Assembly (NCBI GenBank): GCA_963977445.1
Contig: CAXBPH010000016.1
Coordinates: forward strand, 1 to 44,241
Length of the DNA: 44,241 nt
Origin: an uncultured bacterium
GTDB lineage: Bacteria; Hydrogenedentota; Hydrogenedentia; Hydrogenedentales; JAEUWI01
Direction: 5' to 3'
Shown: positions 17,606-26,670 of the stretch, one piece after another
Layout of the letters: the number at the start of each line of letters is the position of its first letter
Position numbering within the stretch: position 1 is the first letter of the stretch
Program-made: the position numbers and the translations under genes
Notes under the pieces: generated by a model
The model's input: only the letters and a program-made list of their open reading frames with translations
Told to the model about the DNA's origin: nothing
Database searches by the model: none

Positions 17606-19003
17606 TCAGGACCGAATCGTCTTGGTGAGCTGTTCCACCATTTGGCGGGATGTAGCCGACTCTTTGACCGCTACAGAGACTTTTTCGCAGGCATAGAGCA
17701 CGGTTGTGTGATCTTTACCGCCAAAAGCACCGCCCACATCACTCAGTGAGAGACTGGGAATCAGCTCCTTACAGAGATACATGGCGAGTTGCCGTGGTTT
17801 CACAATCTGCCGCTGACGACTGCGACCGTGCAGGTCGGAGATGCGGACGTCGAAGTGATCGGCCACGGCCCGCTGGACCTGTTCAATGGTCACGGGACGA
17901 ATCTTCTCCGAACCGATCAAGTCCCGCAGGACTTCTTCCACCATGTTGATGGAAATCTTTTCTTCGGTCAGACGGCTATAGGCCAAGACGGTGATCAGGG
18001 CACCCTCAAGCTCACGAATATTGGTTGTAATATAGGTCGCAATATAGCGCATCACGTCGTCGGGGACGGTGAGGTTTTCATCTTGCGCTTTTCGCTGCAG
18101 GATGGCGACGCGGGTCTCCAGATCGGGTGGCTGAATATCGGTTACCAGGCCCCATTCGAAGCGGGATATCAAACGTTCTTCAATTCCCCGGATTTCTTTC
18201 GGGCTGCGATCGCTGGAGAGCACAATCTGCTTGTGCATGTCGAAGAGCACATTGAAGGTATGAAAAAATTCTTCCTGGGTGGCTTCTTTGCCTGCGATAA
18301 ACTGAATATCGTCGATCAGGAGGACATCGACCTTCCGATACTTCGCCCGAAACTTTTGTGTCGATTTTTCCGCAATGCTCTGAATAAGCTGATTGGTGAA
18401 ATGCTCCGACGAAATAAAGACACAACGCAATTCCGGACGCTGGGACAGTAGAAACTGGCCAATCCCCTGCATCAGGTGGGTTTTTCCCAATCCGGTGCCG
18501 CCATAGAGGAACAAGGGATTGTAGGCCCGACCAGGCGACTCGGCCACGGCGCGGGCCGCCGCATGAGCAAAGCGATTTCCTGACCCGATCACAAAGCGAT
18601 CAAAGGTGTAACGGGGATTAAATCCGTTGAAGGTGCGACGGCTGCCGGGCGCCTTCGCCATGGTATTCGACTGCGTGGTCGACGGCGCGGGACCCATCGG
18701 TAAGGAAGCCGCGGAAGGCACGCGGCTTTCCTTCGATTCGGCAGGATGGTCAGGGCGAGGCATGAACTTCACCGATTCAAAATCAGGCATTACTTTACGA
18801 AGCGAATCACATACGGCGTCCATGTAATGATCACGTAGCCAGTCCGCAAAAAACTGACTAGGCACACCAACCGTAAGTTGCCCATTGGAACAGGACTCAT
18901 ACCGCGTCTGGGAAAACCAGTTCTTATAGCTGTATTCGTCGAGCGCGGTCTGTAAATGAACCTGCGCCTGTTGCCATGGGTTTGATTTGCTTGTTGAAGC
19001 CAT
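17606..19003 (-). CDS. dnaA: Chromosomal replication initiator DnaA
   Basis: FNPRYTFDRFVIG, YNPLFLYGGTGLGKT, LLIDDIQF, NIRELEGAL and GGKDHTTV motifs; AGGAG RBS before ATG 19003. Confidence 0.99.
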   Translation of the reverse strand: MASTSKSNPWQQAQVHLQTALDEYSYKNWFSQTRYESCSNGQLTVGVPSQFFADWLRDHYMDAVCDSLRKVMPDFESVKFMPRPDHPAESKESRVPSAASLPMGPAPSTTQSNTMAKAPGSRRTFNGFNPRYTFDRFVIGSGNRFAHAAARAVAESPGRAYNPLFLYGGTGLGKTHLMQGIGQFLLSQRPELRCVFISSEHFTNQLIQSIAEKSTQKFRAKYRKVDVLLIDDIQFIAGKEATQEEFFHTFNVLFDMHKQIVLSSDRSPKEIRGIEERLISRFEWGLVTDIQPPDLETRVAILQRKAQDENLTVPDDVMRYIATYITTNIRELEGALITVLAYSRLTEEKISINMVEEVLRDLIGSEKIRPVTIEQVQRAVADHFDVRISDLHGRSRQRQIVKPRQLAMYLCKELIPSLSLSDVGGAFGGKDHTTVLYACEKVSVAVKESATSRQMVEQLTKTIRS

Positions 19004-19198
19004 CGTCACTCCTGTCCGACTACGAAAACTATCCATTCGTTCACCAAAGAACTACGCGCGGCTGAACGAAACGAGGCCACTGAAAACCCTGCGAACGACA
19101 CCCCATCGTCGTACGCAAGAGATACTTCCCCACCATCATCTCCAATACGGCCGACCACTCTCCCCGAAACCTACACACCAAAACCTGATTTTTTTGAG

Positions 19199-19240
19199 TT
19201 ATCCACAAGTTATAAACAGGTTATGTACAACTTATCCACA
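19199..19240 (+). promoter_or_regulatory. Cluster of four DnaA boxes (candidate oriC and/or dnaA autoregulation site)
   Basis: TTATCCACA (19199), TTATAAACA (19210), TTATGTACA (19221), TTATCCACA (19232), in an AT-rich stretch upstream of dnaA. Confidence 0.9.
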
Positions 19241-19272
19241 GCCTCATTCTAGCCTTTAAATACAAGGCTTTT

Positions 19273-19728
19273 CTACAAAACTGAACTTGAGTTTGCACCA
19301 TCTTCGGGACCCATGTCAAGGGTCTTCATAAGTACTTTGTCTGCATCAGGTTTAATACGCTTCCAATACACTTCCAACTCGTCGGCCGCGCAGCTTTTGA
19401 TGGTTTTTTCATCTTTAGAGAGCGCTGATTTCAAAAAAGAAAAGCGTGTCGCGAAGCGTTCGGTAGCTTGTCGGAGTTCTGCACCAGGATCGGCACCAAG
19501 AAAGCGCGCCAGATTTACGGAAATGAGTAACAAATCCCCCAGCTCCCTCCGTGCATGATCACGATCATCGGCATTCAATGCATCCCGTATCTCACCCAAC
19601 TCCTCCGCCACCTTGTCGAGCACACCGTCCACATGCTCCCAATCAAATCCCTCTGCCGAAGCCGCTGACTGGACTTGCACAGAATGGGACAAGGGATCAT
19701 TGGGTGTTGCTGACACTTCTCCAACCAT
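19273..19728 (-). CDS. Single-domain MazG-family nucleoside triphosphate pyrophosphohydrolase
   Basis: GFDW..VLDKVAEELGEI..ELGDLL...VNLARFLGADP..ELRQATERFATRF matches the MazG C-terminal domain. The start position is uncertain. Confidence 0.85.
   Translation of the reverse strand: MVGEVSATPNDPLSHSVQVQSAASAEGFDWEHVDGVLDKVAEELGEIRDALNADDRDHARRELGDLLLISVNLARFLGADPGAELRQATERFATRFSFLKSALSKDEKTIKSCAADELEVYWKRIKPDADKVLMKTLDMGPEDGANSSSVL
19290..19319 (-). promoter_or_regulatory. Candidate dnaA promoter inside the 3' end of the MazG-like gene
   Basis: Minus-strand TTGACA (19319-19314), 18 nt spacer, CAAACT (19295-19290); it points toward the DnaA boxes and dnaA. Confidence 0.4.
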
Positions 19729-19987
19729 GAGAGTACGAAACCTTCCGCTGGACACACTTCTCCTGCCATTAAATCGATACGAATTTTGCACCTCAACTGC
19801 TTTCAAGGAGCGGATCAATCCCTCCCCAAAAGGACCAATTCACCACATCGGGTACAGAGATTGAAGTATAGCATCGCAATGGACCTAAAGCAAGGGAAAA
19901 TCGATCGAGCCTATAGATACAGGGGTATTGTCATCCAAATTAAGAAATATACGTGAAAGAATCACAAGGAAATGACCTCCAACGCGG

Positions 19988-20017
19988 TTGCTACTGCTAG
20001 GCAACGTTTCGTATGAT
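19988..20017 (+). promoter_or_regulatory. Possible sigma70 promoter of pdxA
   Basis: TTGCTA, 18 nt spacer, TATGAT. Confidence 0.35.
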
Positions 20018-20105
20018 AATCGCTCCTTCAAATAGGACTTTCTGCGCGTGAAGGGCCAAGCCCTTTTACCCTTTACCACCCCCAACCTGAATGGAACGAC
20101 CTATC

Positions 20106-21095
20106 ATGAGTCTACCCCGACTCGCCATAACGCTGGGCGATGTAAACGGCATCGGCCCCGAACTCGTTGCCCGGCTCTTCGCGGACCACACCCCGGAATC
20201 CTGGTGCAAGCCGGTCATATTCGGCTGCGTGAAGGCCCTGGAATCGGTGCGAAGCCTCGTTTCCACCTTTCCCAACTTCGTCGCCGTGAAATCAGTCGAT
20301 GAAGCACTTCGCCTCTCCGAGGGCATCCCCGTTTTTGATGCCTCCCATCCCGCACCGCCCGTGCGCTTCGGCGTTCAGGATCCCGAGGCCGGTCGCAGTG
20401 CCGTCATGTGGATTGAGGCGGCAACCCGGGCTTGCATCGAGGGCAGCATGGACGGCATGGTAACGTGCCCCATCAGCAAGTCCTGTATATATGCAGCAGG
20501 CTACCACTACATCGGCCACACCGAACTAGTCGCCGAACTCACCGGTTCACCTGACTATCGTATGTGCCTTTTTACCGATACCATGCGAATCGTCCATATC
20601 ACGGGCCACCTCTCCCTTGCCAACGCCCTGGCCGAAGTGAAAAAGGATAGAATCGTCGATTCCGTCCAGATTGGATACGACGCTTTACTGTCACTCGGCA
20701 TAGATAGGCCCCGAATCGCGGTGGCCGGACTCAACCCCCACGCGGGCGAAGAGGGTGCCTTCGGACGAGAAGAGATCGAAGAAATTGCCCCGGCCGTCGA
20801 AGCATGTCGAGCAAAAGGCATCTGCTGTGATGGCCCCTTTCCGCCGGATACGGTTTTTCGAAAAATGCAGGCCGGCCTCTACGATATGGTCATTGCCATG
20901 TATCACGATCAGGGACATATCCCGCTTAAATTGATCGCCATGGATGAAGGGGTCAATGTTACCCTCGGAACATCCATTGTGCGCACTTCCGTCGACCACG
21001 GCACGGCCTTTGACATTGCCGGCACCGGCGTGGCCAGCGAACACAGCCTGATTGCGGCGATCCGCCTTGCGGCACGATTGGGGACAAAAACATGA
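20106..21095 (+). CDS. pdxA: 4-hydroxythreonine-4-phosphate dehydrogenase (PdxA family)
   Basis: ITLGDVNGIGPE, GHTE, GLNPHAGE, MYHDQGHIP and RTSVDHGTAFDIAG motifs. Confidence 0.95.
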   Translation: MSLPRLAITLGDVNGIGPELVARLFADHTPESWCKPVIFGCVKALESVRSLVSTFPNFVAVKSVDEALRLSEGIPVFDASHPAPPVRFGVQDPEAGRSAVMWIEAATRACIEGSMDGMVTCPISKSCIYAAGYHYIGHTELVAELTGSPDYRMCLFTDTMRIVHITGHLSLANALAEVKKDRIVDSVQIGYDALLSLGIDRPRIAVAGLNPHAGEEGAFGREEIEEIAPAVEACRAKGICCDGPFPPDTVFRKMQAGLYDMVIAMYHDQGHIPLKLIAMDEGVNVTLGTSIVRTSVDHGTAFDIAGTGVASEHSLIAAIRLAARLGTKT

Positions 21096-22348
21096 AATTA
21101 ACACCACGACAATTTTTTTCCGTGACTGCGGTGGTGACCAGCGCGCTCCTCATCTGCACGGCCGATTCCAATGCGGTGCTGAAAGCCCGATCCCAACTGT
21201 TTCAGGTGGGACCCAACCCCAGTGCGATTGTGGCCGTCGACATCAACGGCGACGAGTGGCCGGAAATCATTACAGCAGATCGGGGCACGTTAAGTGATCT
21301 CCGTGAAGAACGCCCGGCGAACGATGAGTTGTCCCTGCTGGTGGCCGTGGGCGATCTCAAGTATGAAAAGCATCACCCGTCGCTGAAGACCGACTTTGGC
21401 CCCTATGCTATTGCCGTGGCAAATATTGATGCCCACCGCTGGCCGGACATCCTGGTCGCCAGTTTTCATGCATCGCGCCATCGGGATATCAGCCTCTTTC
21501 TGAACTTGCAGGACGAGGGCGTCTTCAAGCCAAACTATTTCCCCGTACCCAGTGAACAACTGAACTACTTTCGTCAATTGGATGGGGATGGCATGCCCAT
21601 CTTCCACAAGCCCGGCCTGACCTCCATTCGCGTCGGTGATATCAACAAGGATGGCCTGCGCGATGTTGTGGCCGTTGGGTGGGGCAGCGACGTGCTCGTT
21701 TGCATGGATGGAGATTCGGAAATCATATTCAAACCACCCCGGATCAGCACCATCACAGGCGGCCCCTTTTCGCTGGTACTTGGAGACTTCAATCTGGATA
21801 AAATTCTTGATGTAGCCGTTACCCTGATGGCCACGAACGAGGTTGCCATTTTGCGGGGTGACGGCGCGGGTGAATTTACGGAGACCCAGCGTTTTTCCAG
21901 TCGTGGGCGATTGCCCCACAAGATCGAGAGCGCCGACATCAATCAAGATGGGCAGGCCGATCTCGTTGTGTCGCACCGCTACACGGATGATTCAATCGTA
22001 ATATTCTATGGGGCAGGTGATTTTTCGTTCCCCGTTTCTCAGGAGATCTTACTGGGCCCCGATCGGGAAGTGCTGGAACATGAAGTCAGAGACATTACCC
22101 TCGGTGACTTCAATCAGGATGGTTTTCCCGACATAGCTGCCGCTTGTTTTTCGTCGAAGCAGATTATCACCCTCAGCACGGACAACAGCAAGAACAAATC
22201 CTTCCTGGAATTTAAGCGCAACACCTATAGCTTTGAAGGCGGTCAGCCCCGTGCCCTCTGTGCTGCCGACCTGAACAATGATGGTAAGGACGATATTGCC
22301 GTTGCCCTATGGGGGCTGAACATGGTCGGGATTCTTCTCAATCAATAA
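21092..22348 (+). CDS. Secreted FG-GAP/VCBS repeat (beta-propeller) protein
   Basis: Repeated DxNxDGxxD motifs (DINGDEWPE, DINKDGLRD, DFNLDKILD, DINQDGQAD, DFNQDGFPD, DLNNDGKDD); signal peptide; ATGA overlap with pdxA. Confidence 0.9.
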   Translation: MKLTPRQFFSVTAVVTSALLICTADSNAVLKARSQLFQVGPNPSAIVAVDINGDEWPEIITADRGTLSDLREERPANDELSLLVAVGDLKYEKHHPSLKTDFGPYAIAVANIDAHRWPDILVASFHASRHRDISLFLNLQDEGVFKPNYFPVPSEQLNYFRQLDGDGMPIFHKPGLTSIRVGDINKDGLRDVVAVGWGSDVLVCMDGDSEIIFKPPRISTITGGPFSLVLGDFNLDKILDVAVTLMATNEVAILRGDGAGEFTETQRFSSRGRLPHKIESADINQDGQADLVVSHRYTDDSIVIFYGAGDFSFPVSQEILLGPDREVLEHEVRDITLGDFNQDGFPDIAAACFSSKQIITLSTDNSKNKSFLEFKRNTYSFEGGQPRALCAADLNNDGKDDIAVALWGLNMVGILLNQ

Positions 22349-22366
22349 CAGGATGGGACCCCAACG

Positions 22367-24580
22367 TTATCCGGTCGTTTCTCGAAGACGAAAGTTCTTG
22401 AGATTGCGTCGCAATATTGAAAGCTCGTCATTGCGCAACGGAGCACCACCGAATCTCACGATGTTGTAGCATTTCAACACCGCCAGGGCCATTTCCGACG
22501 CTTCCCATCGTCCATCTTCGACGACATCTTTCAGTTCTTCAGCCGTTTTCCCTTTGCAGTCGACACCATATTTCTGGAGCTTTCTGCGCAGGAGCACATA
22601 GAGGCGAATTACCTGGAGCTGGTCCGCATTGAGCGAAAACGTCTGCTGGGGGCTCGCTTTTTTACGCCGTACGTATGAAACTACGGCAGCGACAATCAGG
22701 GCGACAAACAAGATGTATAGCAGGCTCATCCCACGTCGGGCCTGATATCCCCCAAGTCCGACGGTGCTGCCATTCACCGATTCGTCCCCAGATGAAAAAT
22801 CACGGATGAGCCCCAGGGATATATCCTTTAGACGTTTCACCTGGATAGCCCGGTCAAAACCGACCACTTCCTGAAACCAGAATATTTTACTTCTCAGGAG
22901 GGCACTGGAGAGCATCAGCTCCAGTTGCTTCATTCGAGACACCTCGTCGCCATCGCCACGCGGTGATGGATCAAATATTACCCAACCTTGCCCGGGAAAC
23001 CATGCCTCCACCCATAAATGAGCCATATTGGCACGTATGGTATAGCTTTCGGCGGAATCATCCCACTCGCCCCCACGGTAGCCGTTTACGACGCGCGTAG
23101 GCACCCCCTGTGAACGCAGCATGAGTGCCATGGCCGTGGCAAACAACTCGCAATGACCCAGCCTTGACCTGTTAATAAAGGTATCGATCACAGGCGCACT
23201 GCCCATATCAGGAATGTTTCGTGTGTAAAGGAATTCCGAACTGCTCAAGAATTTCAGGATGGCGTCGGCCTTATCATAAGCGTTATCCGCATCACCAACA
23301 ACGCGCGCTGTCAGCCGAACGGTCATCTGAGACAAATTGTGTGCCAGAAAATTCCGGGAGCGAACATCGTCGGGCTCCGAATCGAAATCGGGGGCGGAAC
23401 GCAGGGCATCGATCGATGGCTTACCCGGTTCGGACCAAACCTCATAATTCAGACGGCGCACGTTGGGCGAACGATCCAGCAGTATAGTCAGATCGCCATC
23501 ATTCCCCCAACGAAGTCGCTTTCCACGTGTCTGTTCCGTTATGGCCATTCGCTGAGGCAACTGCATCGCCGGAATTCCCTTTTCCGGAATAACATCGAGA
23601 TAAATTACCTGGTAGCCTTCCCGGGCACTTCGGGCAAGTTCCGATTCGGTGTGATCGGTATTCAGGCTGGTTTCTGTAATATAGGATCCCGAATGCAGAA
23701 TCCCGGGATCGAAGAATTCCCCAACCTGGCGATCCCAGCTGTTACCCGTATAACGCCCCAGTGTCGAAACGCGCCAATAGAGCCAGTCTTCGCTACGGAC
23801 GAGTCCCCCGCGCTCTTCGGGGAATCGCACCATCATAACCGGCGTTGTATCCTCCAGGATGGTCGACCCGGACGTAAGGTCGACCTCTTCGGTGAGTCCC
23901 GTAGTTTCCACCACCTGTTGGCTACGGCCGAACATACCCGCCTCAATACGCGGCGTCAGCATGAAGAGAAAAACCGTCGTCGTTACGGCAAGAACGGAAA
24001 GGGCCACTGCGGTCAGTGGCAGGTTTCCCCTCCGCGTTCCAACGGTGCCATGAAATGCGTGGCGATTCAGATCGTCTATTCCTACAATTTCCGGCGTAAC
24101 ACAGTTGGCAGCGCGGACCTCTTCGGCCACGAGGCGCAGCGACAGGGTTGCCCACACGCCACTGATGAGAAATGTAAGCATAATTACAGCGATTATCGGC
24201 TCGGGCATCTGTACACAGGCCGCCAGCAAGAGAAAGAGCGACATGAGCTGCAGATGATAATAATTTCGGACCTCTTTAACGTGGAGCAGCGTATAAAACT
24301 GAATATATCCGACGAGCAGCATGACTGCGGGCAAAATGTCCATGGACAACACGGTCATCGGAAGAAAACACAAATAGGCTATCGTCAAGGCACGGGTCGC
24401 GATTCCGTAGGCGGGAAAGTTCGTGTGAAGGTACTCTGCACCGCGCATACAGAGAATCGCGATCATGGGAGGCACCATAATCAGTACGGTCGTCCCCGGA
24501 ACTGCGGTCAACGCCCAGTATCCGGACAACACGAGGGCCGCCGTGGACAAACGCAGCATGGGCATATGTGATCTATCCAT
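22367..24580 (-). CDS. DUF3488/TgpA-like membrane transglutaminase-domain protein
   Basis: Multiple N-terminal TM helices; GHCELFATAM, AHLWVEAW and WVIFDPSP provide the Cys-His-Asp triad; DUF4129-like C-terminus. Confidence 0.92.
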   Translation of the reverse strand: MDRSHMPMLRLSTAALVLSGYWALTAVPGTTVLIMVPPMIAILCMRGAEYLHTNFPAYGIATRALTIAYLCFLPMTVLSMDILPAVMLLVGYIQFYTLLHVKEVRNYYHLQLMSLFLLLAACVQMPEPIIAVIMLTFLISGVWATLSLRLVAEEVRAANCVTPEIVGIDDLNRHAFHGTVGTRRGNLPLTAVALSVLAVTTTVFLFMLTPRIEAGMFGRSQQVVETTGLTEEVDLTSGSTILEDTTPVMMVRFPEERGGLVRSEDWLYWRVSTLGRYTGNSWDRQVGEFFDPGILHSGSYITETSLNTDHTESELARSAREGYQVIYLDVIPEKGIPAMQLPQRMAITEQTRGKRLRWGNDGDLTILLDRSPNVRRLNYEVWSEPGKPSIDALRSAPDFDSEPDDVRSRNFLAHNLSQMTVRLTARVVGDADNAYDKADAILKFLSSSEFLYTRNIPDMGSAPVIDTFINRSRLGHCELFATAMALMLRSQGVPTRVVNGYRGGEWDDSAESYTIRANMAHLWVEAWFPGQGWVIFDPSPRGDGDEVSRMKQLELMLSSALLRSKIFWFQEVVGFDRAIQVKRLKDISLGLIRDFSSGDESVNGSTVGLGGYQARRGMSLLYILFVALIVAAVVSYVRRKKASPQQTFSLNADQLQVIRLYVLLRRKLQKYGVDCKGKTAEELKDVVEDGRWEASEMALAVLKCYNIVRFGGAPLRNDELSILRRNLKNFRLRETTG

Positions 24581-25652
24581 GGACCAACTCCCTGGGATCC
24601 AGAATGTTGCCGTGTTCCGTTACTCTTCCCCAGGATTCTGGATCGGGCGAGATGAGCATCAGCGCGGAATTGGCCGATTCCATGGCCGACACGGTCTGTG
24701 AAAAGCTCTCGGTCGACGTCGAGACCGATACACGGGCAAGCATTTCGAGCACACGTCGCTCGTGTCCCTTACCATCGCCCCCTTCGAGGAAGCCTTCCTG
24801 GGTAACGATAGAAACTTCATTTCGACGACGAAGTAACATCATGGCTACGGACGCGGTGAGTTCAATCGAATCTTCAAAGCGCTCATTGAAATCTTTGACG
24901 TTGGGGTTATACGAGGTATCCAAGGCCAGGACCACGAGACGGGATTGGTATTGGGCCAGCTCTCGTACGATCCACTTTCCGAGTCGCGCGCTGATACGCC
25001 AGGCGATGCGGCGGATGTCATCGCCGGGCACATACTCCCGAAGTCCGTAATACTCGTCCCCATCATCGGAGGGCTGGGTACTCATACGTGCCGCACTGGG
25101 TAGTCGCTGCAGTGCGTTCGCCCGAACAATGTGTACGCGGGGGTACACCAGCACCCGTATGTCGTCGACAATCTTACGGCGCCGCTCTATGAGCCCGAAA
25201 GGAAAGGCGCAAACCAACCAGAACTCTTCAAGTTGGTGCTCCCCACGCTTGTCGAAACAGCCTTCCACACTGAGTCGGGCCGCCGTTCCGGCGGGTAGAC
25301 AGGCGATAAACCCGGCGGAACCTGCTTTTCTGTTGCTCTTTTCAATGCGAAGAAACAGGGAGGCAAACCATCGTCGCCGGTTCTCGATCTGTACATGAAT
25401 TTGAAACGGCTGACCGCGATACGCCGCTTTGGGCGCAACCCGTGTCATCGTCACATGGCGCAAGAGGAAGAACGACAAAAGGTACGACAAGACCACAAAA
25501 CTTGAAAGACCACCCACCACGATATAGAGCAGGTTCGTACCGGTGTTCCAGGCCGCGAGGAGGGCCAGGACGAGGATGACCACATAGCCCCACCCGATTC
25601 GGGTGAAGCCCGAATGATCACGTACACTTCGACCTCCCTTGCGCTTCATCAC
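24573..25652 (-). CDS. DUF58 domain protein
   Basis: AWNTGTNLLY, FPFGL, VLVYPR and EYYGLREYVPGDDIRRIAWRISAR motifs; lies between MoxR and the transglutaminase. Confidence 0.92.
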   Translation of the reverse strand: MMKRKGGRSVRDHSGFTRIGWGYVVILVLALLAAWNTGTNLLYIVVGGLSSFVVLSYLLSFFLLRHVTMTRVAPKAAYRGQPFQIHVQIENRRRWFASLFLRIEKSNRKAGSAGFIACLPAGTAARLSVEGCFDKRGEHQLEEFWLVCAFPFGLIERRRKIVDDIRVLVYPRVHIVRANALQRLPSAARMSTQPSDDGDEYYGLREYVPGDDIRRIAWRISARLGKWIVRELAQYQSRLVVLALDTSYNPNVKDFNERFEDSIELTASVAMMLLRRRNEVSIVTQEGFLEGGDGKGHERRVLEMLARVSVSTSTESFSQTVSAMESANSALMLISPDPESWGRVTEHGNILDPRELVHG

Positions 25653-26596
25653 ACGGGCACGTCCGTATTGGCAACGATTTCCCGCACCAGTCGCGCCCGC
25701 TCCTGGGTCGCAATGGAGAGGTCGGCCCCGCGAGATTTGACGAGTATACGGTGGCTGAGCACCGGCACCGCCATTTCCTTCACATCGCCCGGTGTCACAT
25801 AGTCGCGACCTTCAACGAGGGCCTTGGCCTGACAGACTTCATAGTAGGCCAGCGAGCCACGGGGACTCGCACCCAGCTGAATCTGTTCATGGTCCCGGGT
25901 GCCTTGAACGATTTTCAGCATGTAGTGCGCCACCGAATCATCAACGGCAATTTCGCCCACCCGGTCCTGCAGGGCCAACACATCGGGTACCGTAAGCACC
26001 GGCTTCAGTTCGTGTATAGCCTTCTGGGGATCCCGGCGGCGCATGATTCGTATTTCATCAACGGCAGGCGGGTAACCCATCTCCACACGTAGGGAAAAAC
26101 GGTCCAACTGGGATTCTGGGAGCACGTAGGTGCCTTCATGTTCGACCGGGTTTTGCGTGGCGAGCACCATAAATGGCCGGGGCAATTCGTGGGTTACGCC
26201 ATCGATTGAGACCTGAAATTCGCTCATGGCCTCCAACAAGGCACTCTGTGTCTTGGGGGGAGTTCGATTGACCTCATCGGCGAGCACGATACTCGCGAAA
26301 ATCGGACCTTTCCGAAACTCAAACTCATTCGATTTGTGATTGAGGATCGATACCCCGAGTATATCCGAAGGCAACATATCGCTTGTAAACTGGACCCGAT
26401 TGAACGTGCAATCCAGGGAGCGCGCGATACTCTGGGCAATGGTCGTCTTGCCAATGCCCGGAACATCTTCGATCAGGATATGGCCGCGAGCCAGAAGACC
26501 GATAACGCAAAGCTTTACGACGTCGTGTTTACCAAAGACAACCTGTTCGATGCTGTCCAACAACTGCTGAATCTTCGCTGCTATGTGCTCGTCCAT
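25649..26596 (-). CDS. MoxR-family AAA+ ATPase
   Basis: HILIEDVPGIGKT, RVQFTSDMLPSD, LADEVNRTPPKTQSALLEAM, ATQNPVE and GASPRG motifs; GGAG RBS before ATG 26596. Confidence 0.96.
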   Translation of the reverse strand: MDEHIAAKIQQLLDSIEQVVFGKHDVVKLCVIGLLARGHILIEDVPGIGKTTIAQSIARSLDCTFNRVQFTSDMLPSDILGVSILNHKSNEFEFRKGPIFASIVLADEVNRTPPKTQSALLEAMSEFQVSIDGVTHELPRPFMVLATQNPVEHEGTYVLPESQLDRFSLRVEMGYPPAVDEIRIMRRRDPQKAIHELKPVLTVPDVLALQDRVGEIAVDDSVAHYMLKIVQGTRDHEQIQLGASPRGSLAYYEVCQAKALVEGRDYVTPGDVKEMAVPVLSHRILVKSRGADLSIATQERARLVREIVANTDVPV

Positions 26597-26670
26597 TCTC
26601 ACTCCAGACGTCGGACAATATACAACCAACCCCGCCTCGGGTCAGCGCTATTCCGTTGCCGTCATTAAGA

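Noticed and set aside
23339..24571. 410-aa plus-strand ORF
   Set aside because: Antisense shadow of the transglutaminase gene.
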